This document shows, in pieces, positions 20,077 through 28,979 of a DNA stretch of 64,000 bases. The first letter of the stretch is position 1. Every line of letters starts with the position of its first letter. The position numbers and the translations under genes were made by a program. Source of the stretch: a bacterium (GTDB lineage: Bacteria > RBG-13-61-14 > DATKZS01). The stretch lies in contig CAXXFL010000006.1 in NCBI GenBank assembly GCA_963674965.2, positions 640,001 through 704,000 of the forward strand, read 5' to 3'. The notes under the pieces were generated by a model. It was not told the origin of the DNA. It ran no database searches and was given only the letters and a program-made list of their open reading frames with translations.

Positions 20077-20796
20077 ACCTTCACTTCGATTCTTGCCGTT
20101 GTCCTCTTTGATTTTTTACCGAGGCCAGATACAAAGCATGGGAGTCAAAGTCGCTCGGGAATCCGTTCGGAACATTGGACGCGCGATGCATTATGAGCGT
20201 CCGGGCATTTACCCGAGACATGGTCATAACGTCCGTTATAATCATAACGGATAAAGCTTAAGCGCGGATATTTTGTCGCATTCTTGCATCCTTATTCACC
20301 TGGAGGAAATTGGCGGGCAAAGGGGGGATCAAAGATTTAATTCCTGCATATTACGTCGGCACGACTTACAGTTTATTATCCTTTTTATACGGTTATTTAC
20401 ATTATTTTCAAGTTGGTTTTAATTACTATATAGGTTAATACAATTATATTTTTCCAATAACCTATAAAAATATCCTTGACATCATTATCAAGTTGATGTA
20501 TATAGATTATCAGTATCAGTAAAATATATCAAAATTTTATCAATTATAATCCATCTTAACAAAACCGCTATATAATTTCTTTGAATCTTTTATCGGTTAT
20601 CCGCGGCGGATACGGCAGAAGCGCTTTGGTTTAACGTCACACGCCCTGACACGCTATGAAAGTCTCCGGCTGGCCATGTTCGGAGGAAGGGAAGGTTGCG
20701 CCCCAAGGGCCTTGTAACAATCGACGTCGTCAACATGTAAATTGGAAAAAGACTTAGGAGCGATTTCACAAAACTCATGAAGAAAGGGGATTTATC

Positions 20797-21888
20797 ATGA
20801 AGAAACAAAAAGTCAGCAAGTATTTTTCTCTCGCGGCCCTGCTATTTTTGGCCGTAGTATTCTCGTCAGCCTGCGCGCCTCCGTTTTTCGTCAGTACCTC
20901 GGCTGAATCTCCCGTGGAAGTGGGACCCGGCGCGGCGTTTTTAGCCGGATTATTTGGCGACATGACCAGTAAGTATCAAGTTGACGGCACGATGAACCAA
21001 GGCGCGCAAAAAACGGGCGAAGATTTCTGCCTGTACATCGATATCGGAGGCAGCGGAGAGCGCGACCTATTGGTCTGGGACGGAACGGACTGGCAGAACG
21101 TGACCGACGACGACGACGCGGCTGAGGCCCTCGACGCGATCGTGGACAACGGATATATCCATTTCAAGCCCGACCTGGACCTCTCAAGCGTGTACATTTA
21201 CTGGGCCGATTACTCGACCTCGACTCCCGAACTCTGCATCGACGTCTCCGACATTGACGAGATCGCCGGCTACGAGGAAACCCTCTACACGGTCATAGTC
21301 GAAAGCAAGGACGCTAGCGACCATGATATCTGGAGAGTGGATACCGGCTCCAATAACTTTTACATGGCCCCGGATCGGAGGTTCTATTTCAGGGCCGGAA
21401 AAAACTCGGACACTTCCTTACCCGTGGTGAAAGACCTGAACTTCGAGTGCGACGACAGCGAAAGAGTAGATATAAATTTTTCCCCTCAAATCACCTTTGG
21501 CGAAACCATGGGAGCCCTGTACGCCTTTCTGGTGGATGAGAATGGAAAAGGTTTTACTCTCGCCAATTCAGGCCATTCGATTTCCAGCGGAGACCATACT
21601 TACTGGTGGGCCCTTCCCGCCGACAGAGATTTCAACCAGATACTGCTTGAATACGACACTCAATACAAGTTCGTCATTTGGGATAAAAACAACAGCACAA
21701 CCTTGGACCCGAGTCTCATTCCGCCAAACCTGCCGCTTTCCCAGGACATGAACGGGAACGTCATATACGATCAATACAACCTCCTCGAGGGCCCCATTGA
21801 TATTAACGACATTGATGGGCCGGAACACGACGATATCGGCATTCTCGTCTACTACCAGTGCTTCTATACTATAGAGGAGCCTGAGTAG
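20797..21888 (+). CDS. Acidic orphan lipoprotein of unknown function
   Basis: AAGGGGA RBS; signal peptide with lipobox FSSAC; Asp/Tyr-rich, beta-strand-like sequence with no family recognised. Confidence 0.75.
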   Translation: MKKQKVSKYFSLAALLFLAVVFSSACAPPFFVSTSAESPVEVGPGAAFLAGLFGDMTSKYQVDGTMNQGAQKTGEDFCLYIDIGGSGERDLLVWDGTDWQNVTDDDDAAEALDAIVDNGYIHFKPDLDLSSVYIYWADYSTSTPELCIDVSDIDEIAGYEETLYTVIVESKDASDHDIWRVDTGSNNFYMAPDRRFYFRAGKNSDTSLPVVKDLNFECDDSERVDINFSPQITFGETMGALYAFLVDENGKGFTLANSGHSISSGDHTYWWALPADRDFNQILLEYDTQYKFVIWDKNNSTTLDPSLIPPNLPLSQDMNGNVIYDQYNLLEGPIDINDIDGPEHDDIGILVYYQCFYTIEEPE

Positions 21889-21916
21889 CGACCGGCAATA
21901 GAATAAAATATCCTTT

Positions 21917-21952
21917 GAAAGGGGCGGACCAAAGCGTTCGCCCCTTTCTTTC
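21917..21952 (+). terminator. Rho-independent terminator
   Basis: GAAAGGGGCGGA-loop-TTCGCCCCTTTC followed by a T-run, 28 nt after the lipoprotein stop. Confidence 0.75.
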
Positions 21953-22076
21953 GACCTCACGCGTGAAGGGACCTAACTTCCCTTGGAAATCTCCGAGTTT
22001 AGGTGGTATATCTAAATATTATCCTCATATTCCAATTCCGCGAAGGCGGAAAGTTCGGTTTTGTCGGGAGAATTAC

Positions 22077-23402
22077 ATGGCCCTGAGAAATATTTTCAAG
22101 AAGAAGAAAAAAAACGCTTCCTTTGTCATCGGGCTTGACGGGGTACCCCACACCCTGGTGCAAAGGTTCGTCAAGGACGGGACCTGGCCCTTCATGGCCA
22201 AACTGGCCGAGGCGGGCTCCCTCCATAAAATGAAGGTGACCCTGCCCGAGATAAGCGCCGTGAGCTGGCCCAGCTTCATGACCGGCTCCAACCCCGGCGT
22301 TCACGGTATCTTCGGTTTTACCGAGCTTGACGGCGGCTACGGCATGCGCTTTACCAACTTCACCGACCTCAAGGCGCCGACCATTTGGGACAAGCTGGGG
22401 GAGAGAGGCAAAAAGAGCGTCGTAATCAACCAGCCCGGCACCTATCCGGCCCGGGACATCCCCGGGGTCCTTATCAGCGGCTTCGTGGCCATCGAGCTTC
22501 ACAAGTCCTTGAAGCCCCTCAAATACCTGGCCCTTCTCCGCCGCTTGAACTACGAGATCGACATTGACACCCAAAGGTGCAGGCGCGACCACAACCAGTT
22601 GTTTATCGAGCTTAATAAAACCCTGACAAGCAGGAGGAAAGTCATCGAGGAGCTGTGGAAGTCCGAGGAATGGGACTTCTTCCAGGCCGTGGTCACGGGC
22701 ACGGACCGGCTCCAGCATTACATCTTCAGCGCCATCGAGGACCCGGGCCACGAAAGACACGGCCAAGTCATGGACTACTATCGCAAGATAGACGACTTTA
22801 TCAAGGAAAACTGGGAGAGGCACAACTCGACCATCGACGTCAGCCGGGAGGGCGAGGGCTTCTTCCTCCTTTCCGACCACGGGTTCTGCGCCATCAAGAC
22901 CGAGGTTTACTTAAACGCGTGGCTTAAAGAACAAGGATACCTGGCGTTCGAGAACGACGACCCCAAAAGCATGGAAGATATCACCGCCGACTCGAGGGCC
23001 TTTGTCCTGGACCCGGGCCGCATATACCTCCACCTGGAGGGAAAGTATCCCAAGGGAAACGTCAAGGGGTCCGAGGCCGGCCCTCTTCTTAAGGAGCTGA
23101 AAGAAAAACTCCTTTCCCTGTGCTACGATAATAACGGGATACTCGAGGACGTGAAGACCAGGGAGGAGGCCTATTCGGGACCGGAGGCCGCGAACGGTCC
23201 CGACCTCGTGTGCGTTCCCAACCACGGCTACGACCTTAAAGCGGCCGTCGGAGCCAAGGAGGTCTTTTTCAGGACCGACCTGACGGGCATGCACACCTGG
23301 GACGACGCCTTCTTCTGGGCCCTTGACGACCACGGCCAGGACATGGAAATAACCCGGCTGGCCAATATTGTTACGAAACCTCTTGGGGTGGGGGAACTCT
23401 AA
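22077..23402 (+). CDS. Alkaline-phosphatase superfamily (type I phosphodiesterase/NPP-like) protein 1, no signal peptide
   Basis: IGLDG, ISAVSWPSFMTGSNPGVHGIFGF (Ser nucleophile region), TDRLQH, LSDHGF and GMH. Start ATG 22077 after GGGAG. Confidence 0.9.
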   Translation: MALRNIFKKKKKNASFVIGLDGVPHTLVQRFVKDGTWPFMAKLAEAGSLHKMKVTLPEISAVSWPSFMTGSNPGVHGIFGFTELDGGYGMRFTNFTDLKAPTIWDKLGERGKKSVVINQPGTYPARDIPGVLISGFVAIELHKSLKPLKYLALLRRLNYEIDIDTQRCRRDHNQLFIELNKTLTSRRKVIEELWKSEEWDFFQAVVTGTDRLQHYIFSAIEDPGHERHGQVMDYYRKIDDFIKENWERHNSTIDVSREGEGFFLLSDHGFCAIKTEVYLNAWLKEQGYLAFENDDPKSMEDITADSRAFVLDPGRIYLHLEGKYPKGNVKGSEAGPLLKELKEKLLSLCYDNNGILEDVKTREEAYSGPEAANGPDLVCVPNHGYDLKAAVGAKEVFFRTDLTGMHTWDDAFFWALDDHGQDMEITRLANIVTKPLGVGEL

Positions 23403-23484
23403 AATACTAAGGACTTTAGCGAGAAAGCCTTGAGCCCTCTCGCGAGGAAGCTAATATCATTCGGCATTAATAGGGGAGATAGGT

Positions 23485-25719
23485 TTGCCTTCCAAATTCT
23501 TATTTTATAGGCCGAGATTTATCCTGGCCGCGCTGGTATTGCTAGCGGTCCTTTTCCAGGCCTCTTTGGCCGGCGCCTATATCGGACCAGGGGCCGGGTT
23601 TGCCGTGGTCGGGTCCTTCATGGCCTTTTTCTTTGCCTTTTTATCGGCCCTTCTTTCCATGCTGGTATGGCCGGCTCGGGCGCTTTACATTTTTATCCGG
23701 CGCAAACTTCTCAAGCTACGGCCCCAGGTCAAAAGGGTAATAGTCCTGGGCCTTGACGGCCTGGACCCCAGGACCGTGCATAAGATGTTCCAGGAAGACA
23801 AGCTGCCTAACCTGAAAAAGCTGAAAGAAGAAGGATACTTCAGGCCCCTGAAAAGCACGACCCCATCCATCTCCCCCGTGGCCTGGTCGACCTTCATGAC
23901 CGGAGTCAATCCGGGAAAGCACGCCATCTTCGACTTTTTGGCCCCGGACAGAAAAGCCTATCTCCCGGTCCTCAGTTCCTCCAAGATCGGCAACGTGGAA
24001 AGGACAGTGAAAATCGGCAAGTACGTCATCCCCCTGGGAAGCCCCGAGATAAGGCTCCTCAGAAAAAGCGCGCCCTTTTGGAAAATACTGGGGGACAACT
24101 TTATCTTCTCCCAGATTCTGAGGGTCCCCATTACCTTCCCGCCCGAGAAACATTACGGGACCAACCTGGCCGCCATGTGCGTGCCCGACCTTCGAGGCTC
24201 CCAGGGCAGCTTCACCTATTTCACCAGCGCCAAGGGCGAGAACGCCAGACATACCGGCGGCATCCAGGTCACCCTCGAGTCCGACGGCAACGGGGGCTTT
24301 GTCTGCGACCTGCCCGGCCCGGATAACCCTCTGGTTCCCGGCGTTGGCGAGATGAAGATTCCCCTCAAGCTGAAAAAGGAAAAGGACGACTGGAAGCTGA
24401 TCCTTCCCGACGCCGAGGTCGCCCTGGCCAAGGACAAATATACGGACTACGTCGATCTCACGTTCAAAGCGGGCCTGGGAGTGGCGGCCAGGGGCATCGG
24501 GCGCTTTCGGCTGCTGGCGACCGAGCCGGACCTCGAGCTGTACCTTACGCCCATCAACATCGATCCCAGAAGCCCGGCCATGCCCATATCTCATCCGTCC
24601 TTTTTCTCCAGCTATATCGCCAAGCTGCAAGGTCCCTACGCTACCCTGGGGCTCAACGAGGACACCTGGAGCCTGAACGAAAGGGTACTCGAGGAAGGCG
24701 CTTTCCTCGAACAGGTATGGGACATACATGAGGAACGGGAAAAGATGTTCCTCCGCGCCATCGACACCACCAGCAAGGGATGCGTGGTATGCGTGTTCGA
24801 CGCAACTGACCGCGTCCAGCATATGTTCATGCGCTACGAGCACCCGGACCACCCGGCCAACGCGGGCAAGGACACGCAAAAGTACAAGAACGCCATACCG
24901 GAGCTTTACGAAAGGGCCGACGAGCTGGTGGGCAAGGTCATGGCGAAAAGGAGAAAGGGCGACGTCCTGATCGTGATGAGCGATCACGGGTTTACCAGCT
25001 TCAAGCGGGGCATGAACCTTAACTCGTGGCTGTGGAAGGAAGGATACCTGGCCACCAGGGACGGAAAGCCCTCGGGCGAGCTTTACGAGAACGTGGACTG
25101 GGAAAATACGCGGGCCTACGCTCTGGGCCTGGCCGGAATGTTCCTCAACCTGAAAGGCCGGGAGGCCAGGGGCGTGGTGGAAAAGGACGAGGCCCAGGCC
25201 CTTAGGGCCGAGATAGCGGCCAAGCTCGAGGGGATCGAGGACAAGGAAGGCGGCGGCGTGGCCATCGAGAAGGTCCACCTGTCGGGCGACGCCTACTGGG
25301 GGCCCTACGCCGGGCAGGGGCCCGACCTGGTCCCCGGCTTCCGGCCGGGATGGCGGGTAAGCTGGGACGGGGCCATGGGCGTGGTCAACGACGTGGTCTT
25401 CGAGGACAACTTAAAGGCCTGGAGCGGCGACCACTGCGTGGACGAGAGGTTCGTGCCCGGAGTGCTCTTCTGCGACCGCGACCTCGAGTGCAAGACCCCC
25501 TGGATAGGGGACGTGGCCCCCACTATCCTCGAGTGGTTCGGAGTGCCCATCCCGGCCCATATGGACGGCAAGTCGCTTCTTCATCCTCGCCATGAAGAAA
25601 CAAAGTCCGACAGTATAAAAGAAAAAGCGGGGGAAAACCTCGAAATAAATCAAGACAACGGAGAAGACGCGCCCGCGGCCGCCATATCGAGCGCGTCAAT
25701 AAAAGACGAGGCCATCTAA
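23485..25719 (+). CDS. Alkaline-phosphatase superfamily protein 2, with signal peptide, AYIGPGAG motif and membrane anchor
   Basis: TTG start after GGGGAG; signal-like segment, AYIGPGAGF, a long hydrophobic stretch and a basic patch; then LGLDG, ISPVAWSTFMTG, DRVQH, MSDHGF and WSGDHC. Confidence 0.9.
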   Translation: MPSKFLFYRPRFILAALVLLAVLFQASLAGAYIGPGAGFAVVGSFMAFFFAFLSALLSMLVWPARALYIFIRRKLLKLRPQVKRVIVLGLDGLDPRTVHKMFQEDKLPNLKKLKEEGYFRPLKSTTPSISPVAWSTFMTGVNPGKHAIFDFLAPDRKAYLPVLSSSKIGNVERTVKIGKYVIPLGSPEIRLLRKSAPFWKILGDNFIFSQILRVPITFPPEKHYGTNLAAMCVPDLRGSQGSFTYFTSAKGENARHTGGIQVTLESDGNGGFVCDLPGPDNPLVPGVGEMKIPLKLKKEKDDWKLILPDAEVALAKDKYTDYVDLTFKAGLGVAARGIGRFRLLATEPDLELYLTPINIDPRSPAMPISHPSFFSSYIAKLQGPYATLGLNEDTWSLNERVLEEGAFLEQVWDIHEEREKMFLRAIDTTSKGCVVCVFDATDRVQHMFMRYEHPDHPANAGKDTQKYKNAIPELYERADELVGKVMAKRRKGDVLIVMSDHGFTSFKRGMNLNSWLWKEGYLATRDGKPSGELYENVDWENTRAYALGLAGMFLNLKGREARGVVEKDEAQALRAEIAAKLEGIEDKEGGGVAIEKVHLSGDAYWGPYAGQGPDLVPGFRPGWRVSWDGAMGVVNDVVFEDNLKAWSGDHCVDERFVPGVLFCDRDLECKTPWIGDVAPTILEWFGVPIPAHMDGKSLLHPRHEETKSDSIKEKAGENLEINQDNGEDAPAAAISSASIKDEAI

Positions 25720-25736
25720 TAAAAGAGGTATTTATC

Positions 25737-27803
25737 ATGTCCAATAAAAAAAGCTTCTCCTCATTTGGCCGCTTTATCCCGCCTCCGGCGTTCGTGATGG
25801 CAGGCCTTCTGCTGGCCCTGTCGCTGGTCGCCTCGTGCGGGACCAAGACCAAACCCACGGGCAAGAAGGTATTGATCGTGGGCATCGACGGCATGGACCC
25901 CCGCTTGGTGGACGAGTTCATGAGCCGTGGACTTCTGCCCAACTTCGAGAAGCTCATGAGCATGGGCGACTTTAAGCCCCTTACCAGCTCGATCCCGCCT
26001 CAAAGCCCCGTGGCCTGGGCCAACTTCATTACCGGCACCAACCCGGGAAAGCACGGAATATTCGATTTCATCCACAGGGACCCGGACACTTATATGCCCT
26101 ACCTCTCCACCAGCAAGACCGAGGGCGCCCCGGAGGACGACTCGATCGCGCTGGGAAAACGCGTGATCTGGCTAAAGGGAGGCGTGGCCGAGAACAAGGT
26201 CGCGGGCACGCCCTTCTGGGAATACCTGGCCGAGAACGGCATATGGGAGCGCGTGTTTAAGATACCCTCGAACTTCCCGCCCGCCGGGGGCGTGGGATGG
26301 TCCGGCTCGGGCATGGGCACTCCCGACATCCTTGGCACCTACGGCACCTTCACCTATTTCACCGACAACCCGCCCGAGCACCCGGACTCGATCGGCGGCG
26401 GCACCATCACTCCCGTGTACATGGTCGAGGAAAACGTGTTCAGGACCAAGTTCGTTGGTCCCACCAACACCTGGGCCCTCGACGAGAAAAGACCATATCT
26501 GGGAGGCGATAAAAGGAACTACGCCGACTCCGAGGTCCCCCTTACCATCTACGTGGACCCCGAGAACCCGGCCGTCAAGATCGAGTTCCAGGATAATGAG
26601 CTGGTCCTCAGTCAGGGCGAATGGAGCGGATGGCTACCCATCAAGTTCGACATGTTCCCCCCCTTCCTCGGCGCCAGGGGAATAGTCAGGTTCTACCTCA
26701 AAGAGGTCAGGCCCGACTTCAAGCTCTACGCCAGCCCCATTAACATGGACCCCCTCGAGCCACCCATGCCCGTCACCAACCCGCCCGAGTACGCGGTCGA
26801 GGTGGCCGAGAACTGCGGCTACTACTACACCCAGGGCATGCCCGAGGACACCAAGGCCAGGCAGGCGGACCTCGACATACTCAACGACGGAGAACTCTTC
26901 CAGCAGATGATGCTGATCCATGATGAAGATAAAAAGATATTCAAGTGGCACCTGGACCAGTTCAAGGACGGACTGCTCTATTATTATTTCGGCTCTCTCG
27001 ATCTTGGCACTCACATGTTCTGGCGGCTTCACGACCCGAGCCACCCGGCTTATGACCCCAAGTGGGCTAAAAAAATGGGGGACCCCGTCGAGAAGCTCTA
27101 CGTCATGATGGACAAGATCATAGGGACGGCCCTGGAGAGGACCGGACCCAACGACGTCCTGATAGTGATGAGCGATCACGGCTTCGCCTCCTGGGACAAG
27201 ACCTTCCAGGTCAACTCCTGGCTGCTCGAGAACGGATACCTTCGGCTCGAAAAGGGCGTGGACCGGGAAAAGGTCGCCTATTTCAGGGACCTCGATTCCG
27301 GCAAGTTCGGCGTCGACTGGTCCCGTACCATGGCCTACGGCATGGGAATCAACGGGGTGTACATAAACAAGCTGGGAAGAGAAGCCTACGGCGCCGTCTC
27401 GCCCGTCGAGTATCGAGAGTACGTGGACGAGATAGCCGAAAAACTCATGGACTACGTGGACCCGGCAACGGGAGAGAAGCCCATACTGGTGGCAGCCAAA
27501 AGCTACGAGACCTATAAGGGAGACGGCCTCGAACACGCGCCCGACATAGTACTGGGATTCAAACGCGGATACAGGGGTGGAGACGAGAGCGCCCTGGGCA
27601 AGTTCCCCAAGGAAATCGTAAGCCTAAATAAAAGCTCATGGTCGGGCGACCATTGCGTGGCCACCAGGGAAGTCCCGGGAATTATCGTGACCAACCAAAA
27701 GATAAGGAAACAAGACCCCGCCCTTATTGACGTGGGTCCCACGGTGCTGTCCATATTCGGGATTGAAAAACCCGCGCAAATGGACGGAGAGCCGCTTTTC
27801 TAA
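25737..27803 (+). CDS. Alkaline-phosphatase superfamily protein 3, lipoprotein
   Basis: Lipobox LVASC; VGIDGMD, QSPVAWANFITG, DLGTH, MSDHGF and WSGDHC. Confidence 0.9.
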   Translation: MSNKKSFSSFGRFIPPPAFVMAGLLLALSLVASCGTKTKPTGKKVLIVGIDGMDPRLVDEFMSRGLLPNFEKLMSMGDFKPLTSSIPPQSPVAWANFITGTNPGKHGIFDFIHRDPDTYMPYLSTSKTEGAPEDDSIALGKRVIWLKGGVAENKVAGTPFWEYLAENGIWERVFKIPSNFPPAGGVGWSGSGMGTPDILGTYGTFTYFTDNPPEHPDSIGGGTITPVYMVEENVFRTKFVGPTNTWALDEKRPYLGGDKRNYADSEVPLTIYVDPENPAVKIEFQDNELVLSQGEWSGWLPIKFDMFPPFLGARGIVRFYLKEVRPDFKLYASPINMDPLEPPMPVTNPPEYAVEVAENCGYYYTQGMPEDTKARQADLDILNDGELFQQMMLIHDEDKKIFKWHLDQFKDGLLYYYFGSLDLGTHMFWRLHDPSHPAYDPKWAKKMGDPVEKLYVMMDKIIGTALERTGPNDVLIVMSDHGFASWDKTFQVNSWLLENGYLRLEKGVDREKVAYFRDLDSGKFGVDWSRTMAYGMGINGVYINKLGREAYGAVSPVEYREYVDEIAEKLMDYVDPATGEKPILVAAKSYETYKGDGLEHAPDIVLGFKRGYRGGDESALGKFPKEIVSLNKSSWSGDHCVATREVPGIIVTNQKIRKQDPALIDVGPTVLSIFGIEKPAQMDGEPLF

Positions 27804-27827
27804 GGCGGGAACAAAGGGGAGGTATTA

Positions 27828-28013
27828 ATGCCTAAGGTAAAGATTTCCAAGGAGCTTTTCGCTCGGGTCAAGAAGTTCGCCGGCATGGCGGGCTACAGCT
27901 CGGTGGACGAGTTTGTCTCTCACGCCCTCGAGAAGGAAGTGAGCCAGCTCGAGGGGGCCGACTCGGAGGAAGAGATCAAGAAGAAGCTGCAAGGACTGGG
28001 TTATATTTCCTGA
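27828..28013 (+). CDS. Small ribbon-helix-helix (CopG-like) protein with C-terminal LxxLGY motif
   Basis: Strong GGGGAGGT RBS; VKISKELFARVK...GYSSVDEFVSHAL (RHH pattern) followed by EEEIKKKLQGLGYIS. Confidence 0.8.
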   Translation: MPKVKISKELFARVKKFAGMAGYSSVDEFVSHALEKEVSQLEGADSEEEIKKKLQGLGYIS

Positions 28014-28022
28014 GGTCACCAG

Positions 28023-28892
28023 ATGGTAAACCTTTACGTCATGATCAACCGGCTGATCGACTCCCTCATGGGTCCCCTCGAGGGAGTCAGCCCGATATGG
28101 CCCCTGGCCATCTGGTCCATTGTCGTGGGCGTCGTGGCCATGATTATTTACAAGTACACCTCCAAGCAGGACGGCATCAAGGACGCCAAGGACAAGATCA
28201 AGGGCCATTTCTACGAGGTCTGGCTCTATATCGACGACGCGCCGGTTATCGCCAAGGCCCAGCTCAAGGTCATGTTTAACGCCTTCCGGTACATGGCCTA
28301 CGCGGCCCCTCCCCTGGCCATCATGATCGTCCTGTTCTTTCCTCTTTTCGCCAACCTCGAGACCCGCTACGCCATGAAGCCGGTCCCCGTGGGTGACGAG
28401 ACCCTGGTCAAGCTGCGCCTGGCCCGGGAGTTCGACGGGTGGCAAAACCAGGTCAAGCTCGACCTTCCGCCCGGCGTCGAGCTGGTGGGAAACCCCGTCA
28501 GGTTTTCCCGCCGCGTGTTCGAGTCGGACTCGAGCAAAAAGGTCGTCCGCGTGGACCATGAGGTCAACTACAAGCTGAAGGCGACCGAACCGGGCCGCCA
28601 CGACCTGGCCTTTACGGTCAAGGGCAAATCCTTCACCGTGCCCTTCCTGGCCGGACCGGACTACGGCAAAAGGGCCACGCCCCTGGCGGCGACCACCAGC
28701 CTGGGAGAGGCCCTGCTTTTCCCGCCAACCGCCAAGGTCCCGGCCGAGGCCGACGTCGAGCGGGTCGAGATCAAGTACCCCGAGGCCGACTTCCCCTTCC
28801 TGGGATGGAACGCCTGGTGGATATGGCCGTTCCTTATAATCTCGATGATCGCGGCCTACGCCGTCAAGGGCGTCTTCAAGGTCGAGATATAA
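28023..28892 (+). CDS. EMC3/TMCO1 (DUF106)-like three-TM membrane protein with inserted soluble beta domain
   Basis: Amphipathic N-helix, TM1, charged coiled-coil (TSKQDGIKDAKDKIK), TM2 (PLAIMIVLFFPLF), a ~140-aa beta-rich loop, TM3 (WWIWPFLIISMIAAY) and a basic C-end. Confidence 0.65.
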   Translation: MVNLYVMINRLIDSLMGPLEGVSPIWPLAIWSIVVGVVAMIIYKYTSKQDGIKDAKDKIKGHFYEVWLYIDDAPVIAKAQLKVMFNAFRYMAYAAPPLAIMIVLFFPLFANLETRYAMKPVPVGDETLVKLRLAREFDGWQNQVKLDLPPGVELVGNPVRFSRRVFESDSSKKVVRVDHEVNYKLKATEPGRHDLAFTVKGKSFTVPFLAGPDYGKRATPLAATTSLGEALLFPPTAKVPAEADVERVEIKYPEADFPFLGWNAWWIWPFLIISMIAAYAVKGVFKVEI

Positions 28893-28928
28893 TTCGCCAA
28901 AGCCGGCGATAAGGCCCCTCGGACAAAA

Positions 28929-28965
28929 AAATCGCGCCCGGACCTTTTCCGCCCGGACGCGATTT
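28929..28965. terminator. Hairpin between convergent genes (probable bidirectional terminator)
   Basis: AAATCGCG-CCCGG...CCCGG-A-CGCGATTT, with an A-run on the left. Confidence 0.55.
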
Positions 28966-28979
28966 CGCGTTTTAAGATT

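Noticed and set aside
20620-20760. Possible riboswitch (c-di-GMP or other) in the lipoprotein leader
   Set aside because: I could not match the conserved cores of c-di-GMP-I/II, cobalamin, SAM or TPP riboswitches by eye; an Rfam scan is needed.
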